Origin: Prosthecobacter sp.
Lineage (GTDB): Bacteria; Verrucomicrobiota; Verrucomicrobiia; Verrucomicrobiales; Verrucomicrobiaceae
DNA length: 64,000 nucleotides
NCBI RefSeq assembly: GCF_049294395.1
Contig: NZ_JBAQCR010000151.1
Coordinates: forward strand, 5,444 to 69,443
Reading direction: 5' to 3'
Part shown: positions 33,569-42,318 of the stretch, one piece after another
Layout: every line of letters begins with the position of its first letter
How positions within the stretch are numbered: position 1 is the first letter of the stretch
The notes under the pieces: model-generated
The model's input: the letters and a program-made list of their open reading frames with translations, nothing else
Databases searched by the model: none
Told to the model about the DNA's origin: nothing
Translations under genes and position numbers: made by a program

Positions 33569-33751
33569 GGCGGGTATGGAAAAAGGGGGTGGTGGTAAAG
33601 AGCTTGGAACAATCAGGCGGGTGGCGCAGTTTGCAACTTCACTGAATGCATTGAACCTGATAATTCGCAGCAAGCCGCCGTTCTCTTCCACCGCAATGGT
33701 TTTCAGGCTGGCCTTTGCAACGATTTCGACTACCATCTCCATCCCTTCGGC

Positions 33752-34606
33752 ATGCCAGCCAGTGCCTCCCATTCTCCCATCTCGTTGTCCGCCCCCCGTT
33801 TTTCGTGGTGGCACGCGCTGATGTGTGCCTGCGCCGCGCTGCTCCTGACGGTGCCTGCCGCCGCCCAGTCCGGCTCCACGATTCGCGTGCGCCTGGCGGA
33901 TGGCTTTGATTTTCCTGTGGGCAAGCCGGACGCTGACGGCTTTTACAAAGCACGCGGCTACTGGCCCAACGGTCATCTGGGTGAAGACTGGAACGGCCGC
34001 GGCGGCGGGGACACCGATCTCGGGGAGCCGATTTATTCCATTGGCCGTGGCGTGGTGATTTTGTCACAAAACATCGGTGTTGGCTGGGGTAACTGCATCT
34101 TGGTACGCCACATTTTCCGCGAGGCTGATGGCAAAGTCGCCATGGTGGATTCGCTCTACGGCCACCTGCATGAGCGCAAGGTCAAGCTCCATGACCTCGT
34201 CGAAAAAGGCCAGCTCGTCGGCACCATGGGCGGCAACAACGGCATGTACCCGGTGCATTTGCACCTTGAAGTGCGCAAGAATCTTCAGATCGGCATGAAC
34301 CGCTCCTCGTTTGCCCGTGATTCTTCCAACTACTACAGCCCGACGGCCTTTATCAACGCACGTCGCGTGCTGCCTTCAAGCATGCAGAAATACTCCGTGC
34401 CGGTGAACAATTTCGCCCCCTACGGTCGGGCGCTGGCGGACACCAACAGTGATGGCTCAAGCGCCGCCAGTGTGGATGTGCCCGCCTTCAAAGGCAGCTC
34501 TGGCTCCGCCAAGGACGATTCCAAACAGGATGATGACTTCTGGTCACGCCTGAAAGCCAAAATGCGCAACGGCCAGACAACGAACGCTACTGACGAGAAA
34601 CGCTGA
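33752..34606 (+). CDS. M23 family metallopeptidase (LytM-type)
   Basis: HLGEDW (HxxxD) and VHLHLEV (HxH) zinc motifs. Signal-like N-terminus. The start is uncertain; an alternative ATG lies at 33821. Confidence 0.8.
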   Translation: MPASASHSPISLSAPRFSWWHALMCACAALLLTVPAAAQSGSTIRVRLADGFDFPVGKPDADGFYKARGYWPNGHLGEDWNGRGGGDTDLGEPIYSIGRGVVILSQNIGVGWGNCILVRHIFREADGKVAMVDSLYGHLHERKVKLHDLVEKGQLVGTMGGNNGMYPVHLHLEVRKNLQIGMNRSSFARDSSNYYSPTAFINARRVLPSSMQKYSVPVNNFAPYGRALADTNSDGSSAASVDVPAFKGSSGSAKDDSKQDDDFWSRLKAKMRNGQTTNATDEKR

Positions 34607-34692
34607 GCAGGCCACGGCAGATAATAGCCCTTGATTCATCGCTACCCGTGGTGGCATCTTTGCTGCTATAATAGGACCTCTTACTCCCGGCC

Positions 34693-36201
34693 ATGCAAAT
34701 ACCGCCCCGCTCCTCCCCCTCCCGATCCGTTTACGGCGGCAGTCTTGTGCCTGTTCTCATCGTCGTGGGCGCACTCGCGCTCAGCACCGCCATTTTCTTC
34801 CTCTTTACCAAGAAGAAAATTCAGTCCCAAAAGGACGCCGTGGCCGAAGCTCCTGGCTCCACCGACTCACCCGCCAGGTCAGCCGCTGAGGCCGCCAAGT
34901 CGGCTGCAGCCGCAGTCCCTGCCAAGCCACCCATGGTAAAACCTCCGGAGCCTCCTAAGCCTGCACCTCCGGCCTTTGCCTTCGCCCGCCCGCTGGATCT
35001 GGGCAGGCAGCTGGTGCGCAGTCTTACCACGGGAGATTTTGCCACCGCTGGCAAGCTCGCAGCCGCCTCAGATGCGGAGCAGTCAAACAGCGCCGCCAAG
35101 CTCTTCGAAAAGCTCGCCTCCATGGGCTACAAGCCTGCGGCGGAGGATCAGGTGGAGCTGCTCGGCCTTGTCGAAAATCGCACCCGCATCACCCTTCCCT
35201 TTGTCATGGCTGGCTCGCAGGAAACCGTGCGCATCCAGCTCGATCTGGAGCGTGACGAAAAAATGGGCTGGAAAATCGCCAAAGCCACCCTGCCCAAGGC
35301 CATGAGCAGTGCCATCGCCGCCATGCCGGCCACTTCCCCTGCTGCGGCTCCTGCAGCCGCAGCCGCAGCTGCAGCCACACCTGGCACTCCGGCATCTAAA
35401 ACGGCCCCAGCCCCTGTTGTTGCAGCCTCCATGAAGCCGCTCTTCACCGTTGAAGACGGCACCGACGCGCTGGCCTTCGCCAGTGATTTTGTCCGCCACC
35501 TTCTAAAGCACGACTTCAATGCCGCACGCGCTTTTGTCGATGACAAAAAAGTCCCGGTCGAGCGCCTCCTCGGCCTCTGCATCGTCTTTGAGGAAGGCCA
35601 GTATTCTTTGAACCCGGCCAAGCCGCTCATCGTGACCATCGCCAACCCCGAAGTCTCCTGGGTCATTGCCCAGGTGCAGTCGGAGTCGCTCCAGCAGAAC
35701 ACCGAATTTGGCGTGGAGCTCAAGCGTGCGGACACCGCCCAGCCATGGAAAATCGTGGGACTCAATCTCTCAGACATCCTCGGTGCCTTCGCCAAAAGCG
35801 CCTCCAAGCTCGGCGTGCCCTACACGCCCATCGTGAAAAATCCCAAGGGCGGCGAATCTCTCGCCCTCTACTTTGAATACGACCGCGCCGAACTGCACCC
35901 CCGCGCCCTGAAGCAGCTCGAAGTCATCGCCGCCCTGATGAAGGCGGACCCGTCCAAAAAACTCCGCATCGCCGGCCACACCGATGAAAAAGGCGAGGAT
36001 GACTACAACATCCGTCTCTCACGTGGACGCGCAGAGTCGGTGAAGAAGCAGCTCGCCGCCCTCGGCGTGCCAGCCGAGCAGGTGGAAACCACCGGCCTCG
36101 GCAAAGCCCAGCCGCTCAGCCCGAACAAAAAATCCGACGGCACCGACGATCCCGAAGGCCGCAGCCACAACCGCCGCGCTGAGATCTACCTCGATTTCTG
36201 A
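34693..36201 (+). CDS. OmpA-family peptidoglycan-binding protein with an N-terminal TM anchor and a Pro/Ala-rich linker
   Basis: C-terminal OmpA-like domain: IAGHTDEKGEDDYNIRLSRGRAESVKKQLAALGV...NRRAEIYL. N-terminal TM helix LVPVLIVVGALALSTAIFFLF. Confidence 0.85.
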   Translation: MQIPPRSSPSRSVYGGSLVPVLIVVGALALSTAIFFLFTKKKIQSQKDAVAEAPGSTDSPARSAAEAAKSAAAAVPAKPPMVKPPEPPKPAPPAFAFARPLDLGRQLVRSLTTGDFATAGKLAAASDAEQSNSAAKLFEKLASMGYKPAAEDQVELLGLVENRTRITLPFVMAGSQETVRIQLDLERDEKMGWKIAKATLPKAMSSAIAAMPATSPAAAPAAAAAAAATPGTPASKTAPAPVVAASMKPLFTVEDGTDALAFASDFVRHLLKHDFNAARAFVDDKKVPVERLLGLCIVFEEGQYSLNPAKPLIVTIANPEVSWVIAQVQSESLQQNTEFGVELKRADTAQPWKIVGLNLSDILGAFAKSASKLGVPYTPIVKNPKGGESLALYFEYDRAELHPRALKQLEVIAALMKADPSKKLRIAGHTDEKGEDDYNIRLSRGRAESVKKQLAALGVPAEQVETTGLGKAQPLSPNKKSDGTDDPEGRSHNRRAEIYLDF

Positions 36202-36252
36202 TTCTTTGCCGCGTCTTGCACCGTTGTCGCGTCCGCCTAGTCTGGCGCACGC

Positions 36253-38568
36253 ATGAAGAAAAAGTCCCCACCCGCCCCGCCACCACCCGAATCATCGTGG
36301 AAGGCCGGGCTGTTCCTCGGTGGCATTGCCGCAGGCGTGGTGGCCTTGGTCTCATGGGCTTTATGGCCGCAGAAAAAGTACACCCCTCTGCCCGCTCCCG
36401 TGGCGGTCTCCCTCGCGAAAGCTGAACCCTACGCAATGCCGGACGAAAAAACGGCCTTCGCCCAATACGCCGGCTCCCAAAGCTGCCGTGAATGCCACGC
36501 CGATCAGTTCGCCAAGTGGCAGGGGTCCCACCACGGCCTCGCGGAACGCAAACCCGACCCCAAGCTCGACGACCCGGGCTTTGTTCCCACCCGCAGCTTC
36601 CAGCACGGCACGCAGACGACTGAGGTGCGCAAAAACGGCAGTGACTACGAACTGACCGCCCTCGGCTTTGGCAATAAAATCACCCCCTACCGCGTCGAAC
36701 GCGTCATCGGCCACGACCCACTGCGCCAGTTCCTCGTCGATGGTGGCCATGGCCGCCTGCAGGCCATGGAAGCCTGCCTCGATCCAAAGAAAAACGAGTG
36801 GTTCAATGTCTATGGCAATGAAGACCGCAAGCCCGGCGAATGGGGCCACTGGACCGGTCGCGGCATGGTGTGGAACCAGATGTGCGCCTCCTGCCACAAC
36901 ACCCGACTGCGCAAAAATTACGACGCCAAGACCGATGCCTACCGCACCACCATGGCAGAGATGTCCGTGAGCTGCGAATCCTGCCACGGCCCCATGAAGC
37001 CGCACAACACCTGGCAGCACGCCCATCCCGGTGCCAAAGGTGATCCCACCCTCACCAAATTCACCCGCGACCAGCACATCGAAAACTGCGCCGGATGCCA
37101 CGCCCTCCGCAGTGAAGTCACCGGCGATTTCGTCCCCGGCGAATCCTTCTGGGACCACTACCGCCTCTCCATCACCGATCAAAGCGACACCTTCTACCCC
37201 GACGGCCAGATTCGCGGAGAAGACTACGAGTTCAGCAGCTTTCTCAGCAGCCGCATGCACAACGCCGGCGTGCGCTGCATGGACTGCCACGACATGCACA
37301 GCATGAAGACCGTCCTGCCCGGCAATCAGCTCTGCATGCGCTGCCACACCCCCGGCGGCTTCCCCAATGCACCGCCCATCATGCCTGAAGCGCACAGCTT
37401 CCATCAAACCGCCAGCACCGGCAATCAATGCGTGAACTGCCACATGCCCCAGACGGTTTACATGCAGCGCCACCCACGCCACGACCACGGCTTCACCATT
37501 CCCGATCCGCTGCTCACCAAGCAGTTCAACGTGCCCAACGCCTGCAACAAATGCCACACCGACAAAACCACCGACTGGGCGCTCGAAGCCACCCAAAAGT
37601 GGTGGGGCCCCAAAATGGACCGCAAAACGCGCACCCGCGCCACGCTCATCGCCCAGGCTCGCCAGGGAAATGAAGAGGCCCGCAGCGGACTCATTGATCT
37701 GCTCAGCAGCGATGAAATCCCCCACTGGAAGGCCAGCACCACACTGCTCCTCGACCGCTGGATCGACCAGCCTGCCGTACAAACCGCCGTGACCGCCCAG
37801 TTGCAACACGCTCATCCGCTCGTACGTGAGAGCGCCATCCGCACCCTCGAACCCGTCTTGCAAAACGGCTCGATCCGCTCCGCCATCGAGCCCCTGCTCA
37901 ATGACCCCGCACGCAGCGTTCGCGTCTCCGCTGCATGGGCTCTGCGCGAAAGCCTGCACCTCGACTCCCCCGCCGGCCAGGATCTTCAGCACATGCTCAA
38001 CTGGAACGCCGACCAGCCCAGCGGCCAGATGCAGCTCGCCCAGTTCGAGTTCGCCCGGCGCAATCTTTCCGCCGCCACTGCGCACATGGAAACCGCCATC
38101 CGCTGGGATCCCAACTCACCCCCTTTCCACCACGATCTGGCCATGATGTACAGCACCACCGGCCAGACCCAGCTCGCCATCGCCAAGCTGCGCGATGCCA
38201 TCAAACTCGCTCCCAATCACGCCGAGTATCATTACGAACTCGGCCTCGCTCTCAGCGAAACGGGCGACATACCGGCCGTGATTCAATCCTTAGAGGAAGC
38301 CACGCGGCTCGATCCCAGCTTGTCACGCGCTTGGTACAATCTGGGCCTCGCCAAAAACGGCCAGGGCGACATCCCCGGAGCCCTCGGCGCATTACAACGC
38401 GGCGAACTCGCCAATCCCCGCGATCCCGGCATCCCCTATGCCCGCGCCACCATTCTCGCACGGCAAAACCGTATCCCCGAAGCCATCGCGGCACTCGATC
38501 GCGCCTTGCGCATCTCCCCCGGCTACGGTGAGGCTCTGGAACTCCGCGCCGCTTTGACGAGGCGCTGA
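36253..38568 (+). CDS. Octaheme c-type cytochrome fused to HEAT-like and TPR repeats
   Basis: Eight CxxCH motifs: CRECH, CASCH, CESCH, CAGCH, CMDCH, CMRCH, CVNCH, CNKCH. N-terminal TM/signal segment. The C-terminal half has TPR-type repeats (AEYHYELGLALSETGD..., SRAWYNLGLAKNGQGD...). Confidence 0.85.
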   Translation: MKKKSPPAPPPPESSWKAGLFLGGIAAGVVALVSWALWPQKKYTPLPAPVAVSLAKAEPYAMPDEKTAFAQYAGSQSCRECHADQFAKWQGSHHGLAERKPDPKLDDPGFVPTRSFQHGTQTTEVRKNGSDYELTALGFGNKITPYRVERVIGHDPLRQFLVDGGHGRLQAMEACLDPKKNEWFNVYGNEDRKPGEWGHWTGRGMVWNQMCASCHNTRLRKNYDAKTDAYRTTMAEMSVSCESCHGPMKPHNTWQHAHPGAKGDPTLTKFTRDQHIENCAGCHALRSEVTGDFVPGESFWDHYRLSITDQSDTFYPDGQIRGEDYEFSSFLSSRMHNAGVRCMDCHDMHSMKTVLPGNQLCMRCHTPGGFPNAPPIMPEAHSFHQTASTGNQCVNCHMPQTVYMQRHPRHDHGFTIPDPLLTKQFNVPNACNKCHTDKTTDWALEATQKWWGPKMDRKTRTRATLIAQARQGNEEARSGLIDLLSSDEIPHWKASTTLLLDRWIDQPAVQTAVTAQLQHAHPLVRESAIRTLEPVLQNGSIRSAIEPLLNDPARSVRVSAAWALRESLHLDSPAGQDLQHMLNWNADQPSGQMQLAQFEFARRNLSAATAHMETAIRWDPNSPPFHHDLAMMYSTTGQTQLAIAKLRDAIKLAPNHAEYHYELGLALSETGDIPAVIQSLEEATRLDPSLSRAWYNLGLAKNGQGDIPGALGALQRGELANPRDPGIPYARATILARQNRIPEAIAALDRALRISPGYGEALELRAALTRR

Positions 38569-39213
38569 TCAGCCGTCCGCCTTCTTCCACTCCTCACCTT
38601 CCTCGTCGTCGTCATCGCCGCCGAAGCCGTCGTCATACTCATCCTCACTCTTGCCAGGTTCGAGGCCCGCAATCGTGTTGATGTCTTCATCGCTGAACTC
38701 CTCGATGTCGTCCTCATCATCATCTTCGTCCTCCTCCGCAGCCGCTTCAGCCGCCTGCTGCACTTCCAGCCCCTTCTTTTCGATCTGCGCCAGCGTGTCG
38801 CTCACATCTTCCACCGTATCCCACACAGACTTCGCCACAAAAATCGGCGCGCTTTGCTGCACCGCCATCGCAATGCTGTCGCTCGGGCGCGCATCCAGCT
38901 CGATCACCTTGCGCGTCGTCTGCAGTTCGTTCTCCGCAGAGATGATGAGCCGCGCATGGAAGACGCTGCCATTGATGTTGTTGATCACCACGCGCTCCAC
39001 CCTGGCGCCAAAGGCCAGCAGCAGATGCCCCACCAGATCATGGGTCAGCGGCCGCTCTTTGGAGACCCCCCGCATGAACATGGAAATCGCCGTCCCCACC
39101 GACTCGTCGATGTAGATCACGAAGACCTTCGTTTCATTCCCCAGGAAAACGGCAAAGCTGCCCTCCAGCGGCAGCACCGCTCTCACCTGCACTTCGATGA
39201 CGTCCTTGTTCAT
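38569..39213 (-). CDS. Bifunctional nuclease (BFN/DUF151) family protein with a poly-acidic C-terminal tail
   Basis: LPIYIDESVGTAI-type core (VFVIYIDESVGTAISMFMRG...RPLTHDL...ELDARPSDSIAMAV). Tail EEDEDDDEDDIEEFSDED...DDGFGGDDDDEEGEE. ATG at 39213 with GGAG 5 nt upstream. The track start at 39222 is a TTG. Confidence 0.8.
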   Translation of the reverse strand: MNKDVIEVQVRAVLPLEGSFAVFLGNETKVFVIYIDESVGTAISMFMRGVSKERPLTHDLVGHLLLAFGARVERVVINNINGSVFHARLIISAENELQTTRKVIELDARPSDSIAMAVQQSAPIFVAKSVWDTVEDVSDTLAQIEKKGLEVQQAAEAAAEEDEDDDEDDIEEFSDEDINTIAGLEPGKSEDEYDDGFGGDDDDEEGEEWKKADG

Positions 39214-39274
39214 TAACTCCAATTAAAAACCGCACGCAGCCCGATGGCAACACACACCGTGGGTTTTTGTGCGC

Positions 39275-39838
39275 CTAAACTGGAGCCCCCCCGGCGATCT
39301 CCACCACCCCTCCGCCAAGTCCCATGGCCAGGAAACGCCGCGAGACCTCGACATACTTCAGCGCCAGCTTCGCATTCGTCTGCTGCTCCTCCAGAGACAG
39401 TGCACGCACCACCCGTGCCGGTGAGCCGACGACCAGCGAGCCCTCAGGAATGATCGTGTTTTTGGTCACCAAAGCTCCCGCCGCAATGATGCTGCGCGCT
39501 CCGATCTGCGCACCGTCCAGAATGATCGCCCCCATGCCCACCAGCACCTCATCCCCCACGGTGCAGGCATGCACCACGGCGCGGTGCCCCACCGTCACGC
39601 GATCCCCCAGCACGCACGCGCAGTCATCGCTCACATGCAGCACGCTGCCATCCTGCACATTGCTTTGCACACCCACCACGATGCGGTTGATGTCTCCCCT
39701 TAGGACCGCGCCGAACCAGACGCTGGACTGCGCCCCCAGTTCCACCGCGCCCAGCACAATGGCTCCTTGGGCAATAAACACATCCGCAGCCACAGAAGGC
39801 CGTGATTCAGGAAGCAAGAATTTCTTTAATGGATCCAT
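39275..39838 (-). CDS. Gamma-class carbonic anhydrase-like / hexapeptide-repeat transferase family protein
   Basis: I use the ATG at 39838 (MDPLKKFLLPESRPSV). Left-handed beta-helix hexapeptide repeats (VFIAQGAIVLGAVELGAQSSVWFGAVLRGD...VGHRAVVHACTVGDEVLVGMGAIILDGAQIG). Confidence 0.85.
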   Translation of the reverse strand: MDPLKKFLLPESRPSVAADVFIAQGAIVLGAVELGAQSSVWFGAVLRGDINRIVVGVQSNVQDGSVLHVSDDCACVLGDRVTVGHRAVVHACTVGDEVLVGMGAIILDGAQIGARSIIAAGALVTKNTIIPEGSLVVGSPARVVRALSLEEQQTNAKLALKYVEVSRRFLAMGLGGGVVEIAGGAPV

Positions 39839-39958
39839 GGGCAGGAAGAAAGATTTTATGATTGTGAAACGAATCGGAAAGCGCCATAAAAAGCGCCGCG
39901 CCACATGCATTCTGGAACGGACTGACCTTCTATCCAACAACGAATCTCACCCACGCTC

Positions 39959-40231
39959 ATGAACAAAGCTCAACTCATCGACGCAGTGCAGGAAATCCTT
40001 GGTGGCGACACCTCCAAGCGAGCCGCCTCTGAAGCTCTGGACGCTGTGCTGACCGCCATCACCAAAGGTGTGAAAAAGGGCCCCGTGCAGCTCATCGGCT
40101 TCGGCACCTTCAAGCCGGTGGACCGCAACGCACGCATGGGCCGCAATCCCAAGACCAAGGAGCCTGTGGAAATCAAAGCCTCCAAGACCGTGCGCTTCGT
40201 CGCCTCCGCCGCTCTCAAGTCCTCACTCTAA
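39959..40231 (+). CDS. hup: HU family DNA-binding protein
   Basis: 90 aa. MNKAQLIDAV...GFGTFKPVDRNARMGRNPKTKEPVEIKASKTVRF is the canonical HU/IHF fold signature. Confidence 0.94.
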   Translation: MNKAQLIDAVQEILGGDTSKRAASEALDAVLTAITKGVKKGPVQLIGFGTFKPVDRNARMGRNPKTKEPVEIKASKTVRFVASAALKSSL

Positions 40232-40250
40232 GACAGGCCACTCACTTTCC

Positions 40251-40282
40251 CCCGCGCTTCGTTCACGGAGCGCGGGTTTTTT
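40251..40282 (+). terminator. Rho-independent terminator downstream of hup
   Basis: CCCGCGCT (40251-58), a 10-nt loop, AGCGCGGG (40269-76), then TTTTTT (40277-82). Confidence 0.8.
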
Positions 40283-40287
40283 GTGCC

Positions 40288-40578
40288 TCAGTCTTTCAGT
40301 TCTTGCTCCATGCGCTCACTCAGCCACTGCTTGATCATGCTCTGGTAGTTCAGGTAGCGCCGGCGGGCCACCCGCTTGATGCGGCTCAGCATGCGCGGGT
40401 CAAACCGCAGCGTGATCGTGGTGGACTCACGCACATCCGCGCGATGGATGGACGCCTGCATCAGGCGCGCGTCCAGCTGATGCCTGGCCCAGAATTGTCC
40501 TTCGGCTTCGTCGCCATCAAATGCCGGCACATCTTTCCATGCTCGGACAGGCTTCAAATCGGCAGGTGCGGTTTCCAT
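40288..40578 (-). CDS. brnA: BrnA-like antitoxin (CopG/RHH-type, type II TA)
   Basis: The 96-aa C-terminus TITLRFDPRMLSRIKRVARRRYLNYQSMIKQWLSERMEQE matches the BrnA pattern (isIRLd..lL..iK..A...g.pYQslIk.wL.Erl). It lies 17 nt downstream of the BrnT-like ORF. Confidence 0.65.
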   Translation of the reverse strand: METAPADLKPVRAWKDVPAFDGDEAEGQFWARHQLDARLMQASIHRADVRESTTITLRFDPRMLSRIKRVARRRYLNYQSMIKQWLSERMEQELKD

Positions 40579-40595
40579 GATGGTGCTGGGTGGGT

Positions 40596-40874
40596 TCAGA
40601 GTTCTTCCGCCTTCTTGCGCTCGAAAAAGTCATGCTCCCCGGGAGTCATCAGCCGGGCGAAAATGACACGGTAGTGTTTGCCGTCGGTCCAAAACACACT
40701 GAACACCGACTTCCCCTGAAGTGATTTGCCCAGGTTGTAGTAACGAGCCTCCGCGCTCCCCTCCTGGCCGTCCGGCAGCAGCTTGATCGAGAACGGATCC
40801 TCAAACGACTCCTCAATATCCTTCGGAGGAAGGAGTGAGAGGTCAAACGCGGCGCCGATCCAGTCAAAGTCCAT
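40596..40874 (-). CDS. brnT: BrnT-like toxin (DUF497 ribonuclease family)
   Basis: 92 aa. FDW...IEESFEDPFSIKLLPD...EARYYNLGKSLQGKSVFSVFWTDGKHYRVIFARLMTPGEHDFFERK follows the DUF497 pattern (F.WD..., vF.DP...., E.R....G....G.ll.VV.t.r....RIISAR.at..Er..Y). Confidence 0.6.
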   Translation of the reverse strand: MDFDWIGAAFDLSLLPPKDIEESFEDPFSIKLLPDGQEGSAEARYYNLGKSLQGKSVFSVFWTDGKHYRVIFARLMTPGEHDFFERKKAEEL

Positions 40875-40892
40875 GGAGTTGTATTTACGAGA

Positions 40893-41270
40893 TTATTTGC
40901 GGTATTCGATCAGTTCTATCTCATAACCCTCGGGAGCGTCAATGAAAGCAAATACACCGCTCGAGCTGGGGGTCGGCCCGTCCGAGAGCGGATAACCCAG
41001 TGCAGCGGCATGTTTGGCAAACTCTTCAATGCTCTCCACCTCAAACGCCAGATGCGTCAGATCGCTGCAAAAGGTCACCGGCCCGCTGGCGGGAAAGCTG
41101 CAAATCTCAATGAGTTCATCGCTGTTCGGTGTCTGCAGAAAGACCAGCTCGGAACCACGCGGCGACTTGTGGCGGCGCACTTCCTTCAGGCCGAGCACCT
41201 GCGTGTAAAAGTTGATCGTCTTTTCGAGATCGTTCACCCGGTAGCGGGTGTGGAGGAGTTTTTTGACCAT
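40893..41270 (-). CDS. VOC family protein (glyoxalase I-like)
   Basis: 125 aa. LLHTRYRVNDLEKTINFYTQVLGLKEV...HLAFEV...GYEIELIE is typical of lactoylglutathione lyase-type VOC domains. Confidence 0.8.
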   Translation of the reverse strand: MVKKLLHTRYRVNDLEKTINFYTQVLGLKEVRRHKSPRGSELVFLQTPNSDELIEICSFPASGPVTFCSDLTHLAFEVESIEEFAKHAAALGYPLSDGPTPSSSGVFAFIDAPEGYEIELIEYRK

Positions 41271-41368
41271 GATGCACGGTTTATGCCACAGGCTGCAGGA
41301 CGTGGCAAATGATCCTCCATGTAGAGGAAAGCTTGATGTGTCGGGCGACGTCTCCTAAATCCTCACAC

Positions 41369-42127
41369 ATGATTTCCATCGATCTCACAGGTAAAGTCGC
41401 CCTCATCACCGGCGCATCGCAGGGTATCGGCACGCAGGTGGCCCGCACCTTCCATCGTGCAGGCGCCACGGTCGTCATCAACCACCTCGGCACCCCCGGC
41501 ACCACGGAAGGCGCTCAAGCCCTCGCCGATGAACTCAACCTCCTCCGCACAGACAGCGCCAGCATCATTGCTGCAGATGTCGCCAAACCCGAGCAGGTGC
41601 AGAGCATGATGGGAGACATCCAGGCCCGTCACGGCGGCCTCGATTTCCTGGTGAACAATGCCGCCATCATCAAGGACCGCACCATCGCCAAAATGGGCCT
41701 CGATGAATGGGACGCCGTCATCGATGTGAACCTCTCCGGCGTGTTCTACTGCTGCAAATACGCCCTGGAGATCATGCGTGATGGCGGTGCCATCGTCAGC
41801 TTCGGCAGCATCGCCGCCATTCAGGGCTTCTTTGGCCAGGCCAACTACGCCGCCGCCAAGTCCGGCGTGCAGGCCATGATGCGCGTCCTCAGCCGCGAAG
41901 CCGCCCGCAAGCAGATCCGCGCCAACGCCATCGCCCCCGGCGTCATCGATACCGCCATGGCCGCCACCATTCCCGAAAATGTCCGCGCCGAGATGATCAA
42001 AAACGTCCCCCTCGCTCGCTTCGGCACCACAGAGGAAGTCGCCAATGTCGTCCTCTTCCTCTGCTCTCCGCTGGCATCGTATGTCACCGGCCAGACAATC
42101 GAAATCAACGGCGGCTGGAGAGGCTGA
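41369..42127 (+). CDS. Short-chain dehydrogenase/reductase (FabG / 3-hydroxybutyrate dehydrogenase-like)
   Basis: I use the ATG at 41369. TGASQGIG cofactor motif, NNAA, and catalytic Y-x-x-x-K (YAAAKSG). Confidence 0.85.
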   Translation: MISIDLTGKVALITGASQGIGTQVARTFHRAGATVVINHLGTPGTTEGAQALADELNLLRTDSASIIAADVAKPEQVQSMMGDIQARHGGLDFLVNNAAIIKDRTIAKMGLDEWDAVIDVNLSGVFYCCKYALEIMRDGGAIVSFGSIAAIQGFFGQANYAAAKSGVQAMMRVLSREAARKQIRANAIAPGVIDTAMAATIPENVRAEMIKNVPLARFGTTEEVANVVLFLCSPLASYVTGQTIEINGGWRG

Positions 42128-42145
42128 CTAAATACTCCAAAACAG

Positions 42146-42247
42146 CTCTCCCTCTCCCCGCCCCTGACTCACGACAACGCATATTCCTCTTCGGGGAACC
42201 GGAGCGCAGCGGAGATAGACGAAGTCAAAGGGCCGGGGTGAGGGGAC
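42146..42247. repeat. Imperfect inverted repeat, possibly a REP-like element
   Basis: ctctccctctccccgcccc (42146-64) faces gggccggggtgaggggac (42230-47), which is roughly complementary. It lies in the 190-bp gap between the SDR and CoA-transferase genes. Confidence 0.3.
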
Positions 42248-42318
42248 AACGGAAGCCCTTCGCCAGCATGAAGTGGCCCCTCTACATACCTCCCCTCCAA
42301 GGAATATAAAACGTTTCA

